In this document: positions 38,949-49,871 of the stretch, in pieces
How the letters are laid out: every line of letters begins with the position of its first letter
Numbering within the stretch: position 1 is the stretch's first letter
DNA from: an uncultured Bacteroidales bacterium
GTDB lineage: Bacteria > Bacteroidota > Bacteroidia > Bacteroidales > UBA932
Length of the DNA stretch: 64,000 nt
Assembly (NCBI GenBank): GCA_946415345.1
Contig: CAMKRY010000001.1
Coordinates: 2,115 to 66,114 of the forward strand
Direction: 5' to 3'
The notes under the pieces: generated by a model
What the model was told of the DNA's origin: nothing
The model's input: only the letters and a program-made list of their open reading frames with translations
Database searches by the model: none
Program-made: the position numbers and the translations under genes

Positions 38949-41171
38949 ATGGCTTATTCCGAGTTTACTGAAAAAGATTATGAGCTGATTGCCGCCGAGT
39001 ATGCGATCCTCAAGGAGGAAGCCCGGGGGCGCTGCGCCGACGAGGAGGAACTCGCTATCGTCCAGCGAGCCTTCGATTTCGCCAACGACGCCCACAAGAA
39101 TATCCGCCGCCGCAGCGGGGAGCCTTACATGCTGCACCCGATCGCCGTCGCCCGCATCGTCGTCGAGGACATAGGCCTGGGTTGCAAGTCCATTACAGCC
39201 GCCTTGCTCCACGATGTCGTCGAGGACACGGACTACACGGTGGACGACATCCGGAACCTCTTCGGGGACAAAGTCGCGACCCTCGTCGACGGTCTGACCA
39301 AGATCAAAAACGTTCTCGACACCGGTGACAAGACCATTTCCGACCCCCTCGCCCAGCAGAGCCTTCAGGCCGAGAACTTCAAGCGTATCCTCCTGACCCT
39401 GAACGATGACGTGCGCGTCGTGCTCATCAAACTGGCGGACCGCCTCCACAACTGCCGGACGATCCAGCACATGCCTGAGCACAAGCGGGACAAGATCCTG
39501 AGCGAGACCATGTTCGTCTTTATCCCCCTGGCGCACCAGCTGGGTCTCTACTCCATCAAATCCGAGCTGGAGAACATCTGGCTGCAGTATAAGGAACCGG
39601 CCGCTTACAAGGAAATCAGCGCCAAGATCGGCGCCTTCGTCCGGGAGCGCGGCAAGGACATGGAGGCTTTCCTCGCACCGGTGGACGCCGCGTTGCAGAA
39701 GGCGGGATTCCATTATGAGATCAAACGGCGCGTCAAGACCCCTTACTCGGTCTGGCGCAAGATGCGGGACAAGCAGATCTCTTTTGACCAGGTCTATGAC
39801 CTCTACGCCATCCGCATCATCTTTGACGCGGACCAGAAGTTCGGCAACACGGAGCGCGACCAGTGCTGGCGCGTTTTTTCCATCATTACCGACATCTACC
39901 GCTACAATCCCGAGCGTCTGCGCGACTGGGTCAGCAATACCAAGGCCAACGGCTACGAGGCCCTGCACTGCACGCTCATCGGCCCCGGCGGCGTCTGGTT
40001 CGAGGTCCAGATCCGCACCCGCCGCATGGACGACATTGCCGAGAAAGGCATTGCCGCCCACTGGGCCTACAAGAAGGACGGCTACATCGGCGAGGAGAAC
40101 AGCGAGATCGAGTCCTGGCTTTCCCGGGTCAAGGATATCCTCCAGAATCCCGACGTCAGCTCGCTGGAACTGCTGGACATCATTCACAACGACCTCACCA
40201 GTTCCGATATCTTTGTCTTCACCCCCAAAGGCGAGCAGCGGACCATCCCCAAAGGTTCTACGGTTCTCGACTTCGCCTATATGATCCATACCGAGATCGG
40301 CAACCGGGCCATCGCCGCCAAGGTCAACATGCGTCTCGTACCGCTGAGCCGGGTGCTCCGCAGCGGCGACCAGATCGAGATCATTACGGCCGAAGAAGGC
40401 ACTCCGAAGAAAGAATGGCTCCAGTTCCTCCAGACGCGCCGCGCCCGCAATGTCGTCATGGACTATTTCCGCGACGAGCGCAAACAGAGCATCGAACAGG
40501 GGCGCAAAATGCTGACCGAGCAGCTCCAGGCCCTCGGCTATGACGAGCTGGACGACGAGACCAAGCGCCGCCTTCTCTTCCACTACCAGCTGGGATCGAT
40601 GGACGATCTGTATCTCCGCGTCGGACTCGGTATCGTCAAGATCGGTGATCTGCATGAGTATTTCGCCAAAAAGACGGGTCGCGCCGGTTCCCGCTTCTGG
40701 ATGCTCCCTTGGTGGCGCCAGAAAAAGAACGATGGCCCGGTACCCGTTCAGGGCGGCTATGCCATCGCCACCTGTTGCAACCCCGTCCCCGGTGACTCCG
40801 TCATCGGCATCAAATCCCCCGACGGGACCATCACCGTCCACAAGAAATCCTGTCCTGTCGCGGACAGCGTCGGTACGAAGCATGGCGACTGGATTGTGGT
40901 CCCGAAATGGGGTATGGACCCGTCCGCCGAGCAGTTCGCCGTCCAGATCCAACTCAAGGGCATCGACCGCATCGGCCTCGTCAACGACCTGACCAAGACG
41001 GTTTCCCTCCTGCTGAATGCCAATATGCGCAAGATATACCTCGCTTCCGAAGAGGGCCTCTTCGAGGGTTACATCGAGGTGTTCGTCAGCAGCCGAAAGG
41101 ATCTGGACACCATCGTGTCCAAGCTCCAGAAAATTGACGGCATCGAGTCCGTCGTACGTAAAGAATTATAA
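38949..41171 (+). CDS. relA: RelA/SpoT (p)ppGpp synthetase/hydrolase
   Basis: RRSGEPY, LHDVVED, IKLADRLHN, EVQIRT, AAHWAYK, TGS, CC and ACT domains. Confidence 0.93.
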   Translation: MAYSEFTEKDYELIAAEYAILKEEARGRCADEEELAIVQRAFDFANDAHKNIRRRSGEPYMLHPIAVARIVVEDIGLGCKSITAALLHDVVEDTDYTVDDIRNLFGDKVATLVDGLTKIKNVLDTGDKTISDPLAQQSLQAENFKRILLTLNDDVRVVLIKLADRLHNCRTIQHMPEHKRDKILSETMFVFIPLAHQLGLYSIKSELENIWLQYKEPAAYKEISAKIGAFVRERGKDMEAFLAPVDAALQKAGFHYEIKRRVKTPYSVWRKMRDKQISFDQVYDLYAIRIIFDADQKFGNTERDQCWRVFSIITDIYRYNPERLRDWVSNTKANGYEALHCTLIGPGGVWFEVQIRTRRMDDIAEKGIAAHWAYKKDGYIGEENSEIESWLSRVKDILQNPDVSSLELLDIIHNDLTSSDIFVFTPKGEQRTIPKGSTVLDFAYMIHTEIGNRAIAAKVNMRLVPLSRVLRSGDQIEIITAEEGTPKKEWLQFLQTRRARNVVMDYFRDERKQSIEQGRKMLTEQLQALGYDELDDETKRRLLFHYQLGSMDDLYLRVGLGIVKIGDLHEYFAKKTGRAGSRFWMLPWWRQKKNDGPVPVQGGYAIATCCNPVPGDSVIGIKSPDGTITVHKKSCPVADSVGTKHGDWIVVPKWGMDPSAEQFAVQIQLKGIDRIGLVNDLTKTVSLLLNANMRKIYLASEEGLFEGYIEVFVSSRKDLDTIVSKLQKIDGIESVVRKEL

Positions 41172-41177
41172 TACAGC

Positions 41178-42989
41178 ATGTTCCGTCATACCAAGTTCCA
41201 TCTCCCCTTCTGGTCCCCGCTCATTCCGGTCGCGGCGGTCCTGGGTTACGCGATGCTGGCCCATGGCTGCGCCAACACGACGACCCCGCCGACGGGCGGC
41301 CCGAAGGATACGATTCCCCCGGTTCTCCGCAAGGTGGCTCCCCTTCCCGGTACGGTCGGCGTTCCGACCCATAAACCCCGGCTGGAATTCACCTTCGACG
41401 AGTATGTCAAGATCAAGGATCCCAAGGCCATTTTCCTGTCTCCGCCGCTGGAGAAGTCCCCGCGCTTCAAGATGCGCGGCAAGACGCTCGTCATCTATTT
41501 CGAAAGCGACCTTGACAGCCTGACGACCTATTCGCTGGACCTTACCGGTGCCGTTACGGACAACAATGAAGGCAACCCCTTCCCCGGTTACACGCTCGTA
41601 TTCTCCACAGGCGACCAGATCGATTCCATGATGGTGACGGGCATCATCCAGGATTGCCAGACGCTGAAACCGGTCAAGGGCGCTACGGTCATGTTCTACA
41701 AGGACCAGGCGGACTCCGCCCTTTTCCTCCACCGGCCGAATGCCGCCGCCAAGACGGACGACTGGGGCTTCTTCAGCGTCCGAAACATCCAGGACACCGT
41801 TTATCGTGTGTACGCCATTCTGGACGCCAACTCCAACAATCTCTACGAGATGGACAGCGAACGTATCGCCTTCCTCGATACGCTCTTCCGGCCGACCTCT
41901 GTCGTCCGTGACAGTCTGCCGGAGCTGATGAAATACGACATGAAGGACACGGCCGCCTGTCTGGCCCGCCGGACCGAACTGGAAATGAACATGTTCCGCG
42001 AAAAGCCCTCCAAGCAGCTGATCGTCAAGAAGGAACGAGTCGGCTGGCGCACGGCCTATATCACGTTCATGGCTCCGAACGCGGAGGTGGATTCCATCTG
42101 GATCCGCGGCATCAAGCCCGACCGCCTCATCACCCAGTTCAACCCCCAGCGCGACTCCCTCGAGATCTGGGTCAACGACCCGCGCCGCATGCCGGATACG
42201 CTCAAGATGTTCGTCAAGTACAAGAAGACGGACACGCTCGGTGTCCTCCAGCCGACGGTCGAGGAGGTCAAACTCGTCATCGACAAAAAGCTGAAGGCAG
42301 AGGCGAAGACCCCGCGCCGCAATCTCAAGCATGAGGATACGCTCTGCGTACTCAAGCCCGAGGTCTCCCCCGAAACGGTCGAGCAGTACGGTTTTACGGT
42401 CGAATTCCAGTATCCGCTGGTGGCTGACGGATTCGACTCGCTCATTTTCCGCAGCGTCAACCCGCGCCAGAAGGAAAGCATCGGCCGTTACCGGGTAACG
42501 CGCGATTCGTTGAACCTCCGACGTTATACCATCATGCCGGAGGAGAAACTCCAGGAAGGCTATGAGTATTTCCTTAAGTTCCCGCATCGTAAGTTCCAGG
42601 ATATCAACGGCTTCTGGAATGACAGCACGGAAGTCAAGGTCTCTCTCCCCAAGGATGAGACGCTCAGCACCCTGATTCTCAAGGTCAGCGGCGCGAACGG
42701 CCATCGCTACATCGTGGACCTGCTGAATGAAAAGCGCGACAAGGTCCTCCGCTCCTTCCAGGTCCGCAGCGACCAGACCCTCACCTTCCCCTATGTCAAG
42801 GCCGGAAAGTACTCCATCCGCGTAACGGAGGACCTCAACGGCAACGGACTCGTGGATACCGGCAACCTGCTGGAGCGCAGGCAGCCCGAGAAGGTGCGCT
42901 TCTTCAAGATTGACGATGCGTCCGTCATTGACATTCCGCAGCGGACCGAGTGGGAGCAGGATCTGGATCTCGTGGAACTCTTTAAATAG
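41178..42989 (+). CDS. Ig-like (Big_5) domain lipoprotein
   Basis: GCAN..PPTGGPKDTIPP, FDEYV, C-terminal DLNGNGLVDTG..RQPE. Confidence 0.8.
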   Translation: MFRHTKFHLPFWSPLIPVAAVLGYAMLAHGCANTTTPPTGGPKDTIPPVLRKVAPLPGTVGVPTHKPRLEFTFDEYVKIKDPKAIFLSPPLEKSPRFKMRGKTLVIYFESDLDSLTTYSLDLTGAVTDNNEGNPFPGYTLVFSTGDQIDSMMVTGIIQDCQTLKPVKGATVMFYKDQADSALFLHRPNAAAKTDDWGFFSVRNIQDTVYRVYAILDANSNNLYEMDSERIAFLDTLFRPTSVVRDSLPELMKYDMKDTAACLARRTELEMNMFREKPSKQLIVKKERVGWRTAYITFMAPNAEVDSIWIRGIKPDRLITQFNPQRDSLEIWVNDPRRMPDTLKMFVKYKKTDTLGVLQPTVEEVKLVIDKKLKAEAKTPRRNLKHEDTLCVLKPEVSPETVEQYGFTVEFQYPLVADGFDSLIFRSVNPRQKESIGRYRVTRDSLNLRRYTIMPEEKLQEGYEYFLKFPHRKFQDINGFWNDSTEVKVSLPKDETLSTLILKVSGANGHRYIVDLLNEKRDKVLRSFQVRSDQTLTFPYVKAGKYSIRVTEDLNGNGLVDTGNLLERRQPEKVRFFKIDDASVIDIPQRTEWEQDLDLVELFK

Positions 42990-42998
42990 GAGGATGCC

Positions 42999-43910
42999 AT
43001 GAAACGATACTTTCTTCTTCCCCTCCTCTTCTGTCTGGCTCTTCCGGCCCGTGCCCAGTCTGACAGTCCGGCTCTTCCGGCCCGTGCCCAGTCTGACAGT
43101 CCGGCTCTTCCGGCAGGCCTGCAGATCGATACGGTCCAGGTCGTCAAGCGCGACTTTGTCGTCAACGACTATTCCACCATCGGCGCCGAGGGCGGTCTCG
43201 TGCTCAGCAACATCCTTTTCAATCCGCCGAAGGATACGAAGTTCTTCCTGAACGGTCCTGCGTTCAACCTCCTGTTCACGCACTACTCCAAGCTCTTCGG
43301 ATATATGCCGTATTTCGGTTTCCAGATCGGGTTTGCGTATACCAACGGCGGCTACTGGTTCAAGACCGACAAGGAAACGAAGGTCACGCCTTCCCTGGAC
43401 GGATACCGCGGAGCGACCTGGAAAGTGGCCGAAATGCCCTTCCTGATGATGTTCCGCGTGGATGCACCGCATTTCCGCGTGATGGCCAAAGCCGGTATCT
43501 ACGCCGGCTATCGCTGGGATATTCACCGGACCGTTCATGAGAACTATGCCGATTACGAGGGGGTGGTCATCACCGGCTTCAATGTCCATGACTATACGGA
43601 CAAGTGGCGCGACATCGACAACCGCTACGACTATGGTCTCGAGGGCGGCCTCGGCGTCGCCTTCGTCTTTGATCCCTTCGAGTTCCACGTCAACGCCCTG
43701 CTCAAATACGGCTGGTCTTCGCTCTATCAGCCGGATTACGCGAGTCCATATTATTACCGTTTCGCCTATCCGTTCGACGTGATGATTACGGCCGGCATCC
43801 ACTTCCAACTGAGCCGCCGCACCGGCAAGAGCAAGGCCCAGCTGCGCCGCGAGGCCTATGACGCCGTGTATAACCCTTCCGTGAATGAGGAAATAGTACC
43901 CGTCCAGTAA
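42999..43910 (+). CDS. outer-membrane beta-barrel protein
   Basis: Signal peptide, amphipathic strands, DYGLEGGLG. Confidence 0.75.
   Translation: MKRYFLLPLLFCLALPARAQSDSPALPARAQSDSPALPAGLQIDTVQVVKRDFVVNDYSTIGAEGGLVLSNILFNPPKDTKFFLNGPAFNLLFTHYSKLFGYMPYFGFQIGFAYTNGGYWFKTDKETKVTPSLDGYRGATWKVAEMPFLMMFRVDAPHFRVMAKAGIYAGYRWDIHRTVHENYADYEGVVITGFNVHDYTDKWRDIDNRYDYGLEGGLGVAFVFDPFEFHVNALLKYGWSSLYQPDYASPYYYRFAYPFDVMITAGIHFQLSRRTGKSKAQLRREAYDAVYNPSVNEEIVPVQ
43037..43114 (+). repeat. perfect 33-bp tandem duplication (about 2.4 copies)
   Basis: GGCTCTTCCGGCCCGTGCCCAGTCTGACAGTCC x2 plus GGCTCTTCCGGC. Confidence 0.95.
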
Positions 43911-43911
43911 G

Positions 43912-45272
<1,361 letters not shown>

Positions 45273-45276
<4 letters not shown>

Positions 45277-46049
45277 CGGAGCAAATCTTCCAGGGTAATG
45301 GATCCGGCTGTCTTGTCGTCGCGATATTTCACGATGACCGGGCAGTAGAGGTGAACGCCCGAAGGGACGGGCTTGCCGTCCTTGAGGATGGGCTTGGAAC
45401 CGGAGACGACGACGGCGTTTCTTGGCACGACGATGCGTCCTTCCGCATTCCGTTTGATGAATTCTCCTTTCGTGGCATCGAAGATGGCCGTCGAGGAGGT
45501 GATGATGACCCCGGAGGCTATCACGGCTCCTTCTTCCACGATGGTGCCCTCATAGATGCCGCAGTTGCCGCCGACGAAGGCTCCGTCCTCGATGATGGTC
45601 GGGACGGCACCGGCGGGCTCGAGGACGCCGCCGATCTGGGTGGATGCGGAGATATGGATATGCTCCCCTACCTGCGCGCAGGATCCGATGGTGACGTGGG
45701 AGTCGACCATGGTTCCCGTGCCGACATAGGCGCCGACATTGACATAGGCTGGAGGCATGACGATGCTGCCGGGAGCAAGGTAGGCGCCGCGACGGATGCT
45801 GGAACCGCCCGGAACGATGCGGACGCCGTCTTCAGCGGTAAAATGCCGCACCGGGAAGGTTTCCTTGTCATAGAAGGAGAACTGGCCCTGGGACATGTCC
45901 CGGACCGCGCCGAGCTTGAAGCCGGCGAGGATGACTTCCTTGATGTGGCGGTTGACCGTCCAGACGCCGTCCTTCTTTTCGGCGACGCGGATCTGGCCTT
46001 TTTCGAGAGCCTCGAGGGTTTCGTTGAATTCCTGGAGCGTTATTTCCAT
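45273..46049 (-). CDS. dapD: tetrahydrodipicolinate N-succinyltransferase
   Basis: RVAEK, RIVPGG, YVNVGAYV, GSCAQVG, IGGVLEP hexapeptide repeats. Confidence 0.9.
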
Positions 46050-46927
46050 AAGGCGGTGAGGGTTTCTTTCATGAGGGTTTCGGTCTTCTCCGTTGCGGGG
46101 ACGAGCGGCAGGCGGAGCACATTCTCCATCAGGCCGAGCTGGGCCATGGCGGCTTTGGCGGGAATCGGGTTCGACTCCACGAAGCAGTGCTTGAACAGCG
46201 GCATGAGCCGGTAGTGGAACTCGCGGGCCGTCGCCATGTCGTCTTTCATGAGGGCATGGGTCAGGGCGACCATCTCGGACGGGGCGATGTTGGAGGCGAC
46301 GGAGATGACGCCTTCCGCGCCGGTGGCCATCAGCGAGAGGGTCTCGTCATCGTTGCCACTGAGGACGGTGAATCCGGCGGGGCGGTTGCGGATGACGGTG
46401 CTGATTTGGGCGTAGTTGCCGGAGGCTTCCTTGACGGCGATGATGTGCGGGTGACTGGCCAGGCGGAGGGTCGTCTCGGCGGCGAGGTTGGCACCGGTGC
46501 GGCCGGGGACGTTGTAGAGGATAATGGGCTTATTGGCCGCATTCGCTACGGCTGTGAAATACTGGTACAAGCCTTCCTGCGTGGGTTTATTATAATAAGG
46601 TACCACGACGAGATAGGCGTCGGGATCCACGCCTTCCAGGCTCTTGATGTTCTCCAGCGTACCGGTCAGGGAGTTCGTACCGACACCGGCGATGATGGGA
46701 AGGCCAGGAGCATGCTCCCGCGTCAGGCGGAGGATTTCGCGCCGTTCCTCCACGCTCAGGCACGGCGTCTCCCCCGTTGTTCCCAGCGGAACGAGAAAAT
46801 CGATGCCGGCGGCAACCTGCCGCTCTACGCATTGTATATAGGCGTCGTAATCGACGCTGCCGTCTTTTTTGAAAGGGGTTAGGAGCGCAGTGCCGCAGCC
46901 GCTCAGGAGAGGATAAGGTGCCTTCAT
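46040..46927 (-). CDS. dapA: 4-hydroxy-tetrahydrodipicolinate synthase
   Basis: GTTGE, PYYNKP, LYNVPGRT, AVKEASG, ESNPIPAK. Confidence 0.95.
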   Translation of the reverse strand: MKAPYPLLSGCGTALLTPFKKDGSVDYDAYIQCVERQVAAGIDFLVPLGTTGETPCLSVEERREILRLTREHAPGLPIIAGVGTNSLTGTLENIKSLEGVDPDAYLVVVPYYNKPTQEGLYQYFTAVANAANKPIILYNVPGRTGANLAAETTLRLASHPHIIAVKEASGNYAQISTVIRNRPAGFTVLSGNDDETLSLMATGAEGVISVASNIAPSEMVALTHALMKDDMATAREFHYRLMPLFKHCFVESNPIPAKAAMAQLGLMENVLRLPLVPATEKTETLMKETLTALWK

Positions 46928-47025
46928 AGCGTAATCATTTCCTCAAAGATAGTGCTTTTTTGCGGATTATCTTCTATCTTTGTGAAATCGGAAGAAACCT
47001 TATTATTAATTATCATACAAAAACT

Positions 47026-47595
47026 ATGAAAAAATTCTTTATGATGCTCGCCGTTGCGGCGATGATGGTATTTGCCGTTTCCTGCGGCAATGACAAGAAA
47101 AAAGATGCCAAGGGTGAGGCTGCGACTGAGACGGTTGATTACGCCAAGATGGCTCCCGCCGATCTCGCCCAGGCCCTCCTCAAAGCTGCCAAGAGCGACG
47201 ATCTTGCTGCCTTTAAGGCTATTTTCGAGGTGATGGATACTCTCGATGATGAGGATGCCGAAGCGGCTATGGCCGCCCTCTCCGAGTCCGACCAGATGAC
47301 CATTGCTTTCTATGCCATGGCCCACATGGAGGAAATCACCGGTGAGAAGCTCGACTTTGACGATGAGGACTATGCCTTGGAAGAAGGCGATGACTACGAT
47401 CTCGACTATGATGATTCCGACATCCGCGCTCTTTACGATGATGCCAATAATCAGGTCGAGGATGCCTACAAGGACGCCTACAAGCAGGTCGAGGATTCCT
47501 ACGGCGATGCCATGAATGAGATTAAGGACGCCTATGACGATGCACTGAAAGATCTTCAGGATTCTTATGAGGATGCCCTGAACGATCTGTTCTAG
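47026..47595 (+). CDS. acidic lipoprotein with 11-residue repeats
   Basis: Lipobox AVSC; C-terminal DA..Q/E-hydrophobic-.D.Y. repeats. Confidence 0.8.
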   Translation: MKKFFMMLAVAAMMVFAVSCGNDKKKDAKGEAATETVDYAKMAPADLAQALLKAAKSDDLAAFKAIFEVMDTLDDEDAEAAMAALSESDQMTIAFYAMAHMEEITGEKLDFDDEDYALEEGDDYDLDYDDSDIRALYDDANNQVEDAYKDAYKQVEDSYGDAMNEIKDAYDDALKDLQDSYEDALNDLF

Positions 47596-47613
47596 AATCC
47601 CCCGTCATCATGA

Positions 47614-47647
47614 AAAAAGACTCCGCAGCGAACTGCGGAGTCTTTTT
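47614..47647. terminator. bidirectional intrinsic terminator
   Basis: AAAAAGACTCCGCAG-CGAA-CTGCGGAGTCTTTTT. Confidence 0.85.
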
Positions 47648-47650
47648 GTG

Positions 47651-47723
47651 TCTGGATGACTGGACTTGAACCAGCGACCTCCTGGTCCCTAACCAGGTGC
47701 GCTACCAACTGCGCTACATCCAG
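47651..47723 (-). tRNA. tRNA-Pro, anticodon AGG
   Basis: CTGGATG/CATCCAG acceptor (C1:G72, A73), GCGC D-stem, CCTGG-TTAGGGA-CCAGG anticodon arm, GCTGG-TTCAAGT-CCAGT T-arm; CCA not encoded. Confidence 0.93.
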
Positions 47724-47745
47724 AGGTGCTTTTCAAAGCGGATTG

Positions 47746-47776
47746 CAAAGGTAGCAATATTTCTCGAATTGACAAA
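47746..47776 (-). promoter_or_regulatory. promoter of the tRNA gene
   Basis: Minus strand TTTG-19 nt-TACCTTTG, matching the Bacteroidetes consensus. Confidence 0.75.
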
Positions 47777-47782
47777 CAAAAT

Positions 47783-48769
47783 TTACTTAATACAACTGGT
47801 AAGCACCTTCATCCTCCCGTCCGGCGCGAAACGGACGCCTTTGGATGTCGCCGGAATGAGGACGGTTTCGCCCTGGCGAAGAGTGACGGAGACGGGGCCT
47901 TCGGGTTCCTGATCGACAAGGGTACCGTTGCCGGAAACGCACATCACGACGAGGAAGGAATCCAACTTGGAGAGCGGCTTTTCATGCGGCTTGTCAAGAT
48001 CCAGTACGCTGGTCGTAAAGAATTCGCAGCCAACAACTTCGATTTCTTTATTTAAAGAATGTCTATAATGAGTCCTGTAGTCCTCTTCGACGTGGTAGTC
48101 GATGGCTTCCCGGGCCAGTTCGGTATGGAGTTCACGGGGCTTTCCATCCAAACCCTTACGGCCATAATCGAAGATGCGATAGGTCAGATCGGAGGTCTGC
48201 TGGATCTCGGCGACGAAGCAACCGCGGCAGATGGCATGTATCCGACCGGCAGGCAGGAAGAAGACGTCGCCGGGATGGACCTCGTAGCGGGACAGGACCT
48301 TGGTAATGGTACCGTCCTCGACGCGGGCCGAATAGGCCTCCGGCGTGATGGGCCTATTCAAACCGCAATAGAGGGCGCCGCCGGGATCTGCGCCGATGAC
48401 GTACCACATTTCCGTTTTCCCGCGGAAACCCTTGCCGTGGTTCTTTTCGGCGATAGCGTCGTTGGGGTGCACCTGGATGGAGAGGTCGTTGCCTGCGTCG
48501 ATGAATTTCACCAGAAGCGGGAATTCGTCACCGTTTTCGGCGTAGACCTTCTTTCCGACGAGTTTCTCCTTGTATATGCTGACGAGCTCATTGATGGTCC
48601 GCCCGGCGTCAGGTCCCTCTGAAACGACGGTCGGGTGCGCGGCATAGCCGGAGATTTCCCAGCTTTCGCCAATTTTCGGAATGTCGGTCTCAATGCCTTT
48701 GTAGGCGGCGATCTTTTCGCCGCCCCAGACCATGGTTCGCAGGAAGGGTTCGAATTTGAGCGGATACAT
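47783..48769 (-). CDS. manA: type I mannose-6-phosphate isomerase
   Basis: IGESWEIS, FPLLVKFIDA, LSIQVHP, GKTEMWY, EIQQTSD.TYR. Confidence 0.9.
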   Translation of the reverse strand: MYPLKFEPFLRTMVWGGEKIAAYKGIETDIPKIGESWEISGYAAHPTVVSEGPDAGRTINELVSIYKEKLVGKKVYAENGDEFPLLVKFIDAGNDLSIQVHPNDAIAEKNHGKGFRGKTEMWYVIGADPGGALYCGLNRPITPEAYSARVEDGTITKVLSRYEVHPGDVFFLPAGRIHAICRGCFVAEIQQTSDLTYRIFDYGRKGLDGKPRELHTELAREAIDYHVEEDYRTHYRHSLNKEIEVVGCEFFTTSVLDLDKPHEKPLSKLDSFLVVMCVSGNGTLVDQEPEGPVSVTLRQGETVLIPATSKGVRFAPDGRMKVLTSCIK

Positions 48770-48846
48770 ACATTTGCCTTTTTGCGAAGCAAAGGTACGA
48801 AATATTCGCCGATAATACTTATATTTGTATAATTATATCAAGACCT

Positions 48847-49869
48847 ATGGCAGACATTATTCTCGGCATAGAATCCTCCTGCGACGACACTTCAGCGGCC
48901 GTTCTTCGCGACGGATACCTTCTCTCGAATGTCATCGCCTCGCAGGATGTCCACAAGGCCTACGGCGGCGTCGTTCCTGAGCTAGCCTCGCGGGCGCACC
49001 AGCAGAACATCGTTCCGGTGGTTTCGGAGGCGCTTTCCCGCGCCGGCGTGAAGCCTTCGGAGCTCTCGGCCATCGCCTTTACGCGGGGCCCGGGCCTGCT
49101 GGGATCGCTCCTGGTAGGAACCTCTTTCGCCAAGGCCCTTTCGCTGTCCCTCAATGTGCCGATGGTGATGGTCAACCACCTTCAGGGCCATATCCTCGCC
49201 AATTTCATCCGCGAGGAAGGTGTCGAGCCCGACGAGCCGGAGTTCCCGTATCTCTGCCTGCTGGTCTCGGGCGGCAACAGCCAGATCGTCCGGGTCGATT
49301 CCCCGTTGGAGTATACGATTCTCGGGCAGACGATCGACGACGCCGTCGGCGAGGCTTTCGACAAATGCTCCAAGATGATGGGCCTGGGGTATCCCGGCGG
49401 CCCCATCATCGACGCCCTCGCCAAGCAGGGCGATCCCGAGCGATTCACCTTCGCCAAGCCCCAGATTCCGGGGCTGGATTACAGTTTCAGCGGCGTCAAG
49501 ACCTCTCTTCTCTATTTCGTACGCGACGAGATGGCCAAAGATCCCGATTTCATGGAAAAGAACAAGGCCGACATCTGCGCAAGCTTCCAGAAGACCCTCA
49601 TCGACATCCTCCTGTCGAAGCTCATCAAGGCCGCCAAGCAGACCGGCATCCGCCAGGTCACCATGGGCGGCGGCGTATCGGCCAACAGCGGCCTGCGTGA
49701 GCGCCTCGTCGCCGAGGGCCAGAAACGGCACTGGAAGACCTTCCTGCCGCCCCGCAAGTTCACCACCGACAATGCCGCGATGATTGCCGTCGCGGGCTGG
49801 TTCCATTATAAGGCCGGCGAGCGCGCCCCGCTCGATATCGCGCCCGTTTCACGCTTATCCGAATTCTAG
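48847..49869 (+). CDS. tsaD: tRNA N6-adenosine threonylcarbamoyltransferase
   Basis: ILGIESSCDDT, GGVVPELASRAH, NHLQGH, DDAVGEAFDK, TDNAAMI. Confidence 0.96.
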   Translation: MADIILGIESSCDDTSAAVLRDGYLLSNVIASQDVHKAYGGVVPELASRAHQQNIVPVVSEALSRAGVKPSELSAIAFTRGPGLLGSLLVGTSFAKALSLSLNVPMVMVNHLQGHILANFIREEGVEPDEPEFPYLCLLVSGGNSQIVRVDSPLEYTILGQTIDDAVGEAFDKCSKMMGLGYPGGPIIDALAKQGDPERFTFAKPQIPGLDYSFSGVKTSLLYFVRDEMAKDPDFMEKNKADICASFQKTLIDILLSKLIKAAKQTGIRQVTMGGGVSANSGLRERLVAEGQKRHWKTFLPPRKFTTDNAAMIAVAGWFHYKAGERAPLDIAPVSRLSEF

Positions 49870-49871
49870 CT

